A stretch of DNA of 32,000 bases from Nostoc sp. PCC 7120 = FACHB-418 (GCF_000009705.1 NC_003272.1:930001-962000); one strand, 5' to 3'. Numbered from the stretch's first letter, positions 16,947 through 26,589 are shown. Numbers and translations are program-made. Notes: a model not told the origin generated them from the letters alone.

Positions 16947-17101
16947 AACTAATATGTTCCTAATTTACGCAACACTTCTTAACAGAGTATAAAAAAAGTG
17001 TAACATCTACATCCCCCCCTAGTTTGAAACATTTGCTATTACATGGGGCAGACAACGGGGATTAGGGAATAGGAAAGAAGGATTAGAGGTAGAGAATTTT
17101 C

Positions 17102-17479
17102 TTAAAAGCCTAAAATCTGCATTGATTTTTCCAGAACTTCTTTAGGGCGGAATGGTTTGGTTAAATACAAATCAGCACCAACATCCATTCCTCTTTGTTT
17201 ATCAAACTCCTGTCCCTTGGCTGTCAACATCACAATATAGACATTAGTCATTTGTAGTTCATGTTTAACAAGTTGACAAACTTCCAAACCACTCATTTTC
17301 GGCATCATCACATCGAGAAACACCAGGTTTGGTTGTTCCTTTTTGATGGTCTCCAGGGCTTCTTCACCGTTTCTGGCAGTTAAAAGTTCTACCCCTTCGT
17401 CTTCTAATGCTTCTAGGGCTTGTTCCAGCAGAATCACGATATTGGGTTCATCGTCAACAATGAGAATTTTTTGGGTCAT
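17102..17479 (-). CDS. Stand-alone CheY-like response regulator receiver (no output domain)
   Basis: Preferred ATG at 17479 (the track start at 17500 is TTG). ILIVDDEP acidic pocket, phospho-acceptor FLDVMMP, LTAKG and conserved K in LTKPF. Confidence 0.9.
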   Translation of the reverse strand: MTQKILIVDDEPNIVILLEQALEALEDEGVELLTARNGEEALETIKKEQPNLVFLDVMMPKMSGLEVCQLVKHELQMTNVYIVMLTAKGQEFDKQRGMDVGADLYLTKPFRPKEVLEKSMQILGF

Positions 17480-17486
17480 ATAAATC

Positions 17487-17514
17487 AATTCAAAATTCAA
17501 AATTCAAAATTCAA
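17487..17514. repeat. Tandem heptamer array AATTCAA x4
   Basis: Four exact copies, 17487-17514, in the spacer between the hybrid kinase and receiver genes. Confidence 0.85.
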
Positions 17515-17548
17515 AACAGCTTGTTCGTATTCCCTCGTCCCGAACTGA

Positions 17549-20500
17549 TTAGCGATCTGACAGCATGATGAAGAATACATTTTCTAACTCCTTTTCAAAC
17601 TTGAGAGTTTTCACCAAGTCGGCTTCTTGAGAGAAAATAGAATCGATGATGATCATGTCCGGTTTAGCTGATAGAGCCTTATGGATACATTCTTGGCGAT
17701 CTGAGGCTTCAATCACGTTGTATCCCTGAGTTTGCAAGACATCCGATATGGTTTTTAAAGTTGATGCGTTTTGATCGACAACCAAAACCTTTTTACTAGA
17801 AGTACCCTGGGAAAGGAGAGAGCCAATTTCATTAAGAAGTTCTTCTGTGTTGATGGGCTTGGTAAGATAGCGATCGATCCCTATGTGGTGGCCGCGTTCT
17901 TTATTTTCCACAATTGAGAGAATGATGATCGGAATGTCTGCGGTTAGAGGATCGTTTTTCAAGACAGCCGCTACATCAAAACCGTTAATTTGGGGCATCA
18001 TCACATCTAGAACAATCAAATCAGGAGAGGATATTTTGATTTGATGAATCGCATCCATACCATCTTTGGCTTCCCGAACGTTGTAGCCTTCGTTTTCTAA
18101 TTGTTGACGGAGTAGTTCTCGAATGTTGGCATCATCATCGACAACGAGAATGGTTTTGCGATTTTCGCTGCATACTTTGTTGGCAGTGATGACGTGTTCT
18201 TTCAGTTGTCTGACTAGGGCATCCAGATTGAGATTAGCATTGATTTTGTGATTACTAGCGTAGATGGGAATCTGGAAAGAGAAGACGCTACCATGACCTG
18301 GTTCACTTTCCACCCAGATTCTGCCGCCATGATGTTCGACAATTTGTTTACAGATGGGTAGTCCTAACCCTGTACCTTTGGGTTTGTCGGTGAGGGTGTC
18401 ACCAACTTGGCGGAATTTCTCAAATACTTTAGGCTGGTCTTCTGGGGCAATGCCAACCCCTGTATCAATGACACTGATACATACACCATCTTTGTCTTGT
18501 TTAACACGACAGGTAACAGAGCCGAATTCAGTAAACTTAACGGCATTAGAAATTAAATTGATCAGCACTTGTAATAGACGATTGCGATCGCCTATTATTT
18601 GTGGCAACCCAGATTCAATTTCTGTGAGCAACTGTAGACCATTAGTTTCAAATAATGCGGCTGTGGAATTAGCCGCCCAATCCAATAACTCACCCGGATT
18701 AATCGGCTGCATTTGCCATTCCACCTTACCTGCTTCCATCTTGGCAATGTCTAAAACATCGTTAATCAAAGATGTCAGTCTTTCTGCTTCCGACACAATA
18801 ATATTGAGATTGTCACCCACCCGCTTGATTGTTTTTTGCAGTTTGCGGTCTTCGGTAGACAGGACGGGGAATACATCGGTTTGCAGTTTTTCTTGAATGA
18901 TGGAGGCAAAACCAAGGACAGAAGTTAGTGGTGTCCTGAGTTCGTGGGAAACTGTGGATATAAAATCAGTTTTCATTTTGTCGATTTCTTTTTCCGCCGT
19001 GACATCCCGAATCAACAGCGCTGAACCAAAGCAAGCGGCGGCTTCTTTGGTGTCTGTCCGCTTAAAAATGGCTGTCCCTACGGCTTGCCCAATGCGGTCT
19101 TTCGCCAGTGCGACATCAGCAGCAAACACCTCTCCAGGATGGGAGCGAGTGCGTTCAATCAAATCTGCTAAACCAAATATGGGTAGTTCTTGATAATGTC
19201 CATTTAGGGTAGTAGCTGTTAATCCGTGCATAGCTAAAAAGGCAGGATTGTAATGGGTAATTTGTCCTGTGGTATCCACTACCAACAAACCATCTGCCAA
19301 GTTATCTAAAATGGCATTTAATCCTTGGGCTTCAGCTAGGGTATTTTGCAGTGCCGCAGTCCGTTCTGCTACTCTGGCTTCTAGTTGGTGATTGAGTTGT
19401 CTTAGAGCCATTTCTGCCAGCTTGCGGTCGTGAATGTCAGTACAGGTGCCAATCCATTCTTGAATACTGCCATCTTGTTTTAAGACAGGGACACCACAAA
19501 CCGAGAAGTAACGGTAAGTGCCATCTTTGCCACGTAGCCGATATTCGGTTTGGTAAATACTCCGCTTTACTACAGACGCATTCCAGGCTTCAAAGGAACG
19601 AGTACGGTCATCGGGGTGAATAGGATCAAGCCAACCCCAACCCTCAACCTCCGCTTCACTCTGTCCTGTATAAGCTATCCAAGTCAGCATTTCGCTACTG
19701 ATTCCCCATCCTTCTGGGGTTGTTCCCCAAACAATTTGGGAACTAGCAGTTACCAAAGAGCGATATCGTTCCTTCAAACGCTGATTTTCGGCTTCGGCTA
19801 ACTTGCGATCGTGAATATCTGTACAGGTGCCAATCCACTCCCGGACATCACCATCTTCTTCGATAACGGGAGCGCCCCAGACCCAAAAGTAGCGATAATT
19901 GCCATCCTTGCCACGAATCCGGTATTCAATTTGGTATTGACTGCGGTTGGCTACGGCAATACCCCAGGCTTCTCCGGTGTAGCCCCGATCATCAGGATGA
20001 ACAGCATCAATCCAGCCTCCGTTCTCAGCTTCCGCTAAAGTTTGTCCTGTGTAAGCAATCCAGTCTTTGAGTTCAAAGCAAATTCCTTCTGGTGAACTGA
20101 CCCAAATAATTTGTGTATTAGTTGTTACTAGAGAGCGGTATCGTGCTTCGCTCTGTTTCAAGATTTTTTCCGATTGTTGGCGTTCTTTTTGGGCTTGTCT
20201 GATGTTGCTAATGTCTTCTACACTCGACCACATCAGCTTCTCGCCATCCTTCTCAATTATCACCGTGGAAACTTTAACCGGAACTAAGTGTCCATCCTGG
20301 TGAAGATACTCCTTCTCATAGGCTTGGTGACAACCAGTCTGTTCTAGTTGCTCTAGTATGGTTCGCTCAGAGGCGAGATAATTTTCAGGAGTAATTTGCC
20401 AGTAGTTGAAGTTGAGGGTTTCTGGGACAGTACTCCCTAAAATGGCGGCATAAGTGGAATTAGCATCTATCAGCGCGCCATTTTTTCGCCACAATACTAG

Positions 20501-20557
20501 ACCAACGGGACATTTTTCCCAAAGAAGGCGATTACATTCATCAAGTTGGCTAGACAT
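17549..20557 (-). CDS. Hybrid sensor histidine kinase: 4 PAS/PAC modules, HisKA, HATPase_c, one canonical receiver and one degenerate C-terminal receiver
   Basis: H-box FISTVSHELRTPLTSV. N-box LINLISNAVKFT. G-boxes DTGVGI and GTGLGLPICK. REC1 has ILVVDDD...LIVLDVMMP...LTKP. REC2 has VLVVDQN...MIIIDSIF and lacks the second acidic residue and the conserved Lys. Two adjacent PAS-PAC units both end in EWIGTCTDIHDRKLAE. Confidence 0.95.
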   Translation of the reverse strand: MSSQLDECNRLLWEKCPVGLVLWRKNGALIDANSTYAAILGSTVPETLNFNYWQITPENYLASERTILEQLEQTGCHQAYEKEYLHQDGHLVPVKVSTVIIEKDGEKLMWSSVEDISNIRQAQKERQQSEKILKQSEARYRSLVTTNTQIIWVSSPEGICFELKDWIAYTGQTLAEAENGGWIDAVHPDDRGYTGEAWGIAVANRSQYQIEYRIRGKDGNYRYFWVWGAPVIEEDGDVREWIGTCTDIHDRKLAEAENQRLKERYRSLVTASSQIVWGTTPEGWGISSEMLTWIAYTGQSEAEVEGWGWLDPIHPDDRTRSFEAWNASVVKRSIYQTEYRLRGKDGTYRYFSVCGVPVLKQDGSIQEWIGTCTDIHDRKLAEMALRQLNHQLEARVAERTAALQNTLAEAQGLNAILDNLADGLLVVDTTGQITHYNPAFLAMHGLTATTLNGHYQELPIFGLADLIERTRSHPGEVFAADVALAKDRIGQAVGTAIFKRTDTKEAAACFGSALLIRDVTAEKEIDKMKTDFISTVSHELRTPLTSVLGFASIIQEKLQTDVFPVLSTEDRKLQKTIKRVGDNLNIIVSEAERLTSLINDVLDIAKMEAGKVEWQMQPINPGELLDWAANSTAALFETNGLQLLTEIESGLPQIIGDRNRLLQVLINLISNAVKFTEFGSVTCRVKQDKDGVCISVIDTGVGIAPEDQPKVFEKFRQVGDTLTDKPKGTGLGLPICKQIVEHHGGRIWVESEPGHGSVFSFQIPIYASNHKINANLNLDALVRQLKEHVITANKVCSENRKTILVVDDDANIRELLRQQLENEGYNVREAKDGMDAIHQIKISSPDLIVLDVMMPQINGFDVAAVLKNDPLTADIPIIILSIVENKERGHHIGIDRYLTKPINTEELLNEIGSLLSQGTSSKKVLVVDQNASTLKTISDVLQTQGYNVIEASDRQECIHKALSAKPDMIIIDSIFSQEADLVKTLKFEKELENVFFIMLSDR

Positions 20558-22589
20558 GGTTGTGGTTTCCTTGGTGATTGATTGGTGTAGGGTTAGAACA
20601 ACAGAACCAGGACAACAAGGTGGCGTAAAGTTTTAACGAAATTGGATTACGTTGAAAAATTTGGTAAATTTGCTCAGAGGATGCAGTATCAACGCCTGGG
20701 TTCTGTTCGGAAAGTTGACGGATCAGTTGAGTATGGCGGAGCAGCAATTCTGTTGGTTGGAAGGTGGGAGTTGTGGAGGGAATGAAACCATCTGCATCAG
20801 CAGTTGGGGATAATTCGCTTGTAGGGGTTGGTAGGGTTGCAGTCTTCAGGTCAACAATCAGGCGATTTTGCTCTTTAGCAATTTCCATTGCTGAACAATT
20901 GACTGGGATTTGAATCCAAAATTCTGTACCTTGACCTGGTTGAGAACGACATTTGAGAATTCCATGATGTCTCTCTACAATAATTTGGTGGCTGATGGCC
21001 ATGCCTAACCCAGTTCCTTTACCAACTTCTTTCGTGGTGAAGAAGGGATCATAAATGCGTCCCATGATATCTTCATTGATACCTGAGCCATTGTCGGCAA
21101 TGCGAATCACCACCCATTGATCATCTAGGGCTTCGGTGCGAATGGTGATTTGAGGATTGTTAGTGGTCGTTTGTGCGTTGTGAGTGGTTTTGCTATTAAC
21201 CAATGGCAACTGACAACTGACTCTTGACTCTTCTAAAGCATCAATGGCATTGGCCAAGATGTTCATAAATACCTGATTCAACTGTCCTGGGTAGCACTCA
21301 ATTACAGGAAGTTGGGCATAGTCTTTAACAACTTCAATTTCTAAATAATTAGGGCCAGCTTTCAGACGATGACGGAGAATCATTAGCGTCCCGTCGATAC
21401 CATCTTGAATGTTAACGGTCTTCATTTCGGCTTCGTCATGGCGGGAGAAATTTTTCAGGGATTTGACAATTTCTACAATGCGATCTGTGCCAACTTTCAT
21501 TGAATCCAGCAATTTGGGCAAATCATCTCTGATAAATTCCAGATCAATATTGTCTAAATCTAATTCCATCTCTGACGGAGCCACAGGTAAGAATTTCTGA
21601 TACTCATGCAGCAGGTGTAGTAGATCCTTAGCGTATTCGGCAACGTACCTCAAATTCCCACAGATGAAGTTAACTGGATTGTTGATTTCGTGGGCAACTC
21701 CGGCCATAAGTTGCCCCAAACTCGACATTTTTTCGCTTTGGATTAACTTCGTTTGTGCTAATTGCAATTCATGGAGAGCTTGCTGAAGTTTTTCTGTTTG
21801 AGCTTTTGCTTGGGCGGTGGCTTGAGTGCTTTGTTCATAAAGCAAGGCTTTTTCAATGGCGATCGCAGTTTGTGAGGCAAAAATACTCACAAGCTTGAGG
21901 TGTTCAGCTTTATAGGCTTCGGTTTTGGTCGTACCAATGGCGATCGCTCCCAATATCCGATCTTTTGCCCGCAAGGGTACGCAAATCAGTGCGTTGACGT
22001 TCTTTTGCTCATCTATTCGCGGATCGGCTGGTAAGTTATTGATTAGCTCTGCTCGACCAGATTGTACAATGCTGCCAATAATTCCCTTGCCTGGTTGTGG
22101 TTGATTTTGCTGAAAAAACTTACCAAATTCTCCAATAGTTTCAAAAGCAGTTTTATCTGGGCTGAGGAGTAGAATTATCCCCGCAGACGATTCCATCAGT
22201 TGACTCAATTCTTCGAGAACCAGTTGAGCAATCTGTCGAGTATCCAAACTTCTAGTTAGTTGAGTGGATATATCCTCAAACAAATCAATTTCTTGGTATC
22301 GCTCCAACAATTCTTTAGCCAGTTCCTTCTTCTCTGCTTCCTGTTTTGCCAAAAAGGACAGCAAACTAGCTACTATGCTGGACTGTTCTTCACCAACAAC
22401 CCAACCGATGATTTCTCCCGACACCTCAATTGAATGTCGGTATTGTGAAGTTTGTTCCCCAATACTCAACAGTTTTGTACCGTCTACTAGCTCCACATCA
22501 ATCGCTACCTTGATTTGCTCAACTAAGTTTTGCAGAAGTAAAGGTAACTCTTTTTTGCTAAAAATCTTTTTGAGGTTAATCGCGGACAT
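20550..22589 (-). CDS. GAF-domain sensor histidine kinase with a C-terminal extension of about 120 aa of unknown function
   Basis: Preferred ATG at 22589 (the track start at 22601 is GTG; GGTGAGG lies upstream). GAF segment (IIGSIVQSGRAELINN...LICVPLRAKDRILGAIAIG). H-box GVAHEINNPVNFI. N/G boxes NILANAIDAL, DNGSGI, GTGLGMAIS. Its stop overlaps the hybrid kinase ATG by 8 nt. Confidence 0.9.
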   Translation of the reverse strand: MSAINLKKIFSKKELPLLLQNLVEQIKVAIDVELVDGTKLLSIGEQTSQYRHSIEVSGEIIGWVVGEEQSSIVASLLSFLAKQEAEKKELAKELLERYQEIDLFEDISTQLTRSLDTRQIAQLVLEELSQLMESSAGIILLLSPDKTAFETIGEFGKFFQQNQPQPGKGIIGSIVQSGRAELINNLPADPRIDEQKNVNALICVPLRAKDRILGAIAIGTTKTEAYKAEHLKLVSIFASQTAIAIEKALLYEQSTQATAQAKAQTEKLQQALHELQLAQTKLIQSEKMSSLGQLMAGVAHEINNPVNFICGNLRYVAEYAKDLLHLLHEYQKFLPVAPSEMELDLDNIDLEFIRDDLPKLLDSMKVGTDRIVEIVKSLKNFSRHDEAEMKTVNIQDGIDGTLMILRHRLKAGPNYLEIEVVKDYAQLPVIECYPGQLNQVFMNILANAIDALEESRVSCQLPLVNSKTTHNAQTTTNNPQITIRTEALDDQWVVIRIADNGSGINEDIMGRIYDPFFTTKEVGKGTGLGMAISHQIIVERHHGILKCRSQPGQGTEFWIQIPVNCSAMEIAKEQNRLIVDLKTATLPTPTSELSPTADADGFIPSTTPTFQPTELLLRHTQLIRQLSEQNPGVDTASSEQIYQIFQRNPISLKLYATLLSWFCCSNPTPINHQGNHNHV

Positions 22590-22887
22590 ACAACACCTCA
22601 CCTAAAGCGCCTTGCAAATTAGCTACTGTCAAACCAACACAGTGATTAATTTCACCCCAGCACGGAACAACATCACTTTCCGTTAGTTGCTGTTTTGCCT
22701 TCTGTCTAATGTGCCTAGCACCTCCCCACAAAAGAGTTATTGCCATAACATTTAAAGAAATATATGAATTTACTATTAAGATTAGTCTTCCCAAAAAAAA
22801 TGGCAGCATAACGGTAAAGTTAAGCTGCTTTAAATAAGGGTTTAGGGGTGTAAGGGTGTAAGAGTAAAGATACTCTCAGCATTAAAA

Positions 22888-23955
22888 TTACAACCAAGCT
22901 CGGTCATATTGAACTGGCCAGTGTTTCTCGTGTCCTAGTTCTTTAGCTGCTAGGTGAGGCCAGTAGGGATTGCGAAGGAGTTCACGTCCTAATAGGACTA
23001 TATCGGCGACACCAGATCGAATAATTTGGTCGGCTTGTTCTGGGGATGTAATTAAACCTACTGCCCCTGTAGGAATATGGGCTTCTTTACGGATACGTTC
23101 GGCAAACTGAGATTGATATCCAGGTTTCACCGGTATATTAATACCTGGTATAACCCCACCGGAAGAACAATCTATTAAGTCTACGCCTAGAGATTTTAGT
23201 TTGTCACTAATGGCAATACTTTGTTCAATATCCCATCCTTTATCCACCCAATCCGTAGCAGAGAGGCGTACAAATAAAGGGTATGATTCCGGCCATACCT
23301 CTCGCACTGCCTCAACTACTTCTCGTAATAGACGGGTACGGTTTTCAAAGCTACCACCGTAATCATCTTGGCGTTGGTTAACTAGGGGAGAAAGAAATTG
23401 GTGTAATAAATAGCCGTGGGCTGCATGAATTTCTATAACTTTGAATCCAGCTTGCAGAGAACGTTTGGTGGCTTGAACAAAAGCTTGAATAACTTGCTGG
23501 ATACCTTCAATACTTAAGGCTTCAGGTACTGGGCTTTCTTTACTAAAAGCGATCGCACTACTGGAAACTACAGGTCGCCAACCTTCATGAGACTCATCTA
23601 AAAATTTCCCCCCTTTGCTGGGTTTAGAGGTGCTGGCTTTTCTCCCTGCATGGGCTAGTTGAATAGCCGCAACTGCACCAAAGTTATGAATTAAGCCGAC
23701 GGTTCTCGCCAAAGCTTCTATATGTGCATCAGACCAAATTCCCAAATCTTGGGGGCTAATTCGTCCGCGAGCTTCCACAGCCGCCGCCTCGGTCATTACC
23801 AAACCCGCTCCACCAACTGCACGAGAACCTAAATGAACCAAGTGCCAGTCATTAGCAAAGCCATTGGTACTGGAATATTGACACATCGGCGATAAGGCAA
23901 TGCGGTTACGAAAAGTAACTTCACGAATTCTTAGTGGTTCAAATAGATGAGTCAT
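22888..23955 (-). CDS. Old Yellow Enzyme family NADH:flavin oxidoreductase (YqjM/NamA-like ene-reductase)
   Basis: ATG start. LSPMCQYSS, LAHAGRK, IEIHAAHGYLLHQFLSPLVNQRQDDYGGS and RLSATDW blocks are typical of the YqjM-type OYE subclass. Confidence 0.9.
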   Translation of the reverse strand: MTHLFEPLRIREVTFRNRIALSPMCQYSSTNGFANDWHLVHLGSRAVGGAGLVMTEAAAVEARGRISPQDLGIWSDAHIEALARTVGLIHNFGAVAAIQLAHAGRKASTSKPSKGGKFLDESHEGWRPVVSSSAIAFSKESPVPEALSIEGIQQVIQAFVQATKRSLQAGFKVIEIHAAHGYLLHQFLSPLVNQRQDDYGGSFENRTRLLREVVEAVREVWPESYPLFVRLSATDWVDKGWDIEQSIAISDKLKSLGVDLIDCSSGGVIPGINIPVKPGYQSQFAERIRKEAHIPTGAVGLITSPEQADQIIRSGVADIVLLGRELLRNPYWPHLAAKELGHEKHWPVQYDRAWL

Positions 23956-24132
23956 TAGTTATTAATTCCTTCTCTTGCTAGGTGAAAGAAATTTGGAAAT
24001 ATTCAAGGTGGGAGGAGATAGAAGGCTTTTTCTTGGGGGATACCTTTTGGGAAGCAAGTTACATAGCCAAAGCTATGAGCAACATCCTGAGTAAGATATT
24101 CTTCCCTCTGCTTTCTTCCCCCAATCCCGCCT

Positions 24133-24339
24133 TCATCCTTGGCTGTAGAATTTTTTCATTGAGAACGGCTGCTGCTTTGTTAATGCTTCCTGTATATCTT
24201 CACCACAACATTCCCAAATATCTTGTTGGCCTTGTCCTTGATCAATTTTTAACTGTAAATTATCTGGTAACTTTGTATTTTGCCAATTTGAATTAACTTC
24301 TACCCATAATAGTTCTCTTTCAACTTGTCCAAAAAACAT
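24133..24339 (-). CDS. Small hypothetical protein (68 aa)
   Basis: ATG at 24339 is preceded by AAGGAG with an 8-nt spacer. Same strand as, and 177 nt upstream of, the OYE gene. No family recognised (ELLWVEVNSNWQNTKLPDNLQLKIDQGQGQQDIWECCGEDIQEAL). Confidence 0.5.
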   Translation of the reverse strand: MFFGQVERELLWVEVNSNWQNTKLPDNLQLKIDQGQGQQDIWECCGEDIQEALTKQQPFSMKKFYSQG

Positions 24340-24993
24340 GATTGCTGTCTCCTTTACTACAAAAAACTTAAATATTTCTGCAATTATTTACTATTTATAT
24401 GGTCTTTAAATTAATATTTAATTAATACCAATAGCTGAAACAATATATTCATAAATAAAAAAATAAAATAGGCTTGGACAAGGGACTTATTTTGTATAAA
24501 CCCTATGCTACATCCTTTTTATCTATTTTAACTGGCCAATAATATTAGTTATTATTAGTAAATATTTTTTTAGGTAAGATTGCTCATTGTATGCCATATT
24601 TTCAAGGTCAATACTTAGTAATTTAAACTAGCATCACAAGCGATTACCACTTATTTTATCCATCTAAAATACTATATATCTTATTATCTTTGTGTTTAAA
24701 AATTTTCCTACAAAGACACCAGAGGTAAAGTAGTTTTCCATTATTGACTAAAATTACCTGAACTCCAAGTTGCCAAATTCCTCTATAGTTAATCAGTCAT
24801 AAGTAAAACGTTGGTCTCATAACGGGTTCAATATCAAGTCCCATGATCAGCCGGATATCTATTTAGCAATTCAATATCAGTATAGTACATTAAATCTATA
24901 GACTTGCCGTATTAGATAAGTATGAGATTTGCATAGATTAAGGAAAAACACAAGGGGATATTAATATTTGGTGATTTTGACGACAAAAATTGG

Positions 24994-25025
24994 CCAAAAA
25001 TAAAGGACAAGAGTAACTCTTGTCC
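24994..25025 (-). terminator. Rho-independent terminator downstream of the DUF2808 remnant
   Basis: Perfect 9-bp stem GGACAAGAG-tta-CTCTTGTCC (25005-25025) followed on the minus strand by TTTATTTTTGG. It lies 55 nt after the remnant's stop. Confidence 0.6.
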
Positions 25026-25080
25026 TAAATCATAAAAATAGCAAATGGTGTGTCAAATACGTCAGATGCTCCTGATGACA

Positions 25081-25278
25081 TTAACTTTCTGTGGTCGTTT
25101 CTGTATAAAACCGTAACCGACCAACGCCGAGACACTGCCCGGCAGTTTGCTTTCCAGAATGAAAAGCTATTACATCAAATAAATATACCCCATCATAGAA
25201 AGGATTGCGATTAGTCCGCAGACCAATTGTCACGATTTGCCCAGGTGGTATAGGAAAATTAAAGGTGATGGTTATAAT
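25081..25278 (-). pseudogene. C-terminal remnant of a DUF2808-family gene (no start codon; upstream frames are broken)
   Basis: The minus frame reads IITITFNFPIPPGQIVTIGLRTNRNPFYDGVYLFDVIAFHSGKQTAGQCLGVGRLRFYTETTTES*. This matches the conserved DUF2808 C-terminus as I remember it (...TFDPPVPPG..TI.L...RNP..GGVYLFGVTAFP.G......LG.GRL.FY). An in-frame TAA lies immediately upstream at 25279-25281. Only about 255 nt separate it from tRNA-Phe, too little for the missing N-terminal half. Confidence 0.5.
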
Positions 25279-25534
25279 TTATGCTTGAGCATCACTGATT
25301 AGCGTCTCCACTCCTAAGTTTTGTCCTTAGCGGTTGCTTTTTTTGTGCTTGCTTGGGTGGTGTGTAAGGTAATCTTGTATGACTTGAATAAAAATAACCG
25401 CGTAGAGATATCCCAGAATTGGTGTAAATATTTTTTACCCCAGCAAGGAATATTACAGTGCGTACCAATAGCTCTAAAAGCAAACGATAATGTGTTTAGC
25501 GGTTATGCAAGGGGTTGTATTTTGCTGAAAGGAA

Positions 25535-25607
<73 letters not shown>

Positions 25608-25684
25608 TTGTTTTTTTCTTGACCACGATTAATCAATGTAGCAAACATAAAACGATTTGGCAATAGTTTTCGTAAAAAAAAGAT

Positions 25685-26569
25685 TTATGCTGCCTTGAAG
25701 TACAACTTTACCCAAATAAATACAGCCACAAATAGGAACACCTGGATAAGAACAATGCTAGGGCCAGATGCGAGGTTGAAAGCACCTGATAGCACCATGC
25801 CAATGATGCTACTGGCAGCACCAACTAGCATTGACATTACCAGATAGTGCTGAAAGTGGTGACTCATCAACTTAGCGGTAGCAGCCGGAATCACTAAAAA
25901 GGCGTTTACTAGCAGGACACCAACAGCTTTAATGGCCACAGCTACTGCTAATGAGAGTAAGACTACGAACCCATAACGGTACAGTTGAACAGGAACACCC
26001 TGAACTTTTGCTACATCTAAGTTCAGGGTCAATAAAATTTGTTGTCGTAGGGTTGACAGTAAAAATATACTGCTGGTTACCAGTACGAGAAAGGTCAAAA
26101 TTAAATCTGTGGTATCGATCGCTAGAATATCGCCAAACAAGACTCCTATTAAGTTACCGCGATATCCTTGAATTAGGTTAGTGAGAATAACACCGATCGC
26201 TAAAGCACCAGAGAGAACTATACTGAGTACGCTATCACTACCTAAATCCGTCTGGTCGATTAAATAAAGGACGACAACACCAAAAGCTAAAGTAAAGGGC
26301 AATAGCATAGAAGTAGGGTTAACTTGCAACAGCACACCCAACACTACACCTACCAATGCTGCGTGACCAACGGCATGACTAAAAAACGATAGCTGGCGTA
26401 AGGTGACAAAACTGCCCAGTAAACCCCCTAGTACTCCCATTAAAACAGCGCCTGCGATCGCCCGTTGCATAAAAGGGAATTGCAGCAAACTCGCCAAATC
26501 TTGAACACTAGCCACACCGATTAAACAGCAAGAGTTAGGAGGTAGGAGGTAAAAGGTTGTAGTTAGCAT
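25685..26569 (-). CDS. znuB: Zinc ABC importer permease (ABC-3 family, ZnuB-like)
   Basis: Polytopic hydrophobic protein of about 290 aa with the ABC-3 signature region (FFSHAVGHAALVGVVLG). It lies in a locus with znuA, znuC and a zinc sensor. The true start may be downstream of 26569. Confidence 0.8.
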   Translation of the reverse strand: MLTTTFYLLPPNSCCLIGVASVQDLASLLQFPFMQRAIAGAVLMGVLGGLLGSFVTLRQLSFFSHAVGHAALVGVVLGVLLQVNPTSMLLPFTLAFGVVVLYLIDQTDLGSDSVLSIVLSGALAIGVILTNLIQGYRGNLIGVLFGDILAIDTTDLILTFLVLVTSSIFLLSTLRQQILLTLNLDVAKVQGVPVQLYRYGFVVLLSLAVAVAIKAVGVLLVNAFLVIPAATAKLMSHHFQHYLVMSMLVGAASSIIGMVLSGAFNLASGPSIVLIQVFLFVAVFIWVKLYFKAA

Positions 26570-26589
26570 ACAATCACGTGTTTATTTTT

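Noticed and set aside
18354-20636. Multiple plus-strand ORFs (60-180 aa) antisense to the hybrid histidine kinase
   Set aside because: They are embedded in a 1002-aa gene in which every kinase, PAS and receiver motif is intact. Their translations are Ser/Pro/Cys-rich with no recognisable features.
22576-22809. 77-aa minus-strand ORF just upstream of, and overlapping, the GAF kinase start
   Set aside because: It has no Shine-Dalgarno sequence and a hydrophobic, low-information N-terminus. It overlaps the preferred kinase start and its RBS. It is more likely leader or promoter DNA, although a small upstream ORF cannot be excluded.
23982-24296. 104-aa plus-strand ORF upstream of the OYE gene
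   Set aside because: It overlaps the opposite-strand 68-aa ORF, which has a near-consensus AAGGAG RBS. It lacks an RBS itself and has a hydrophobic, repeat-like composition.
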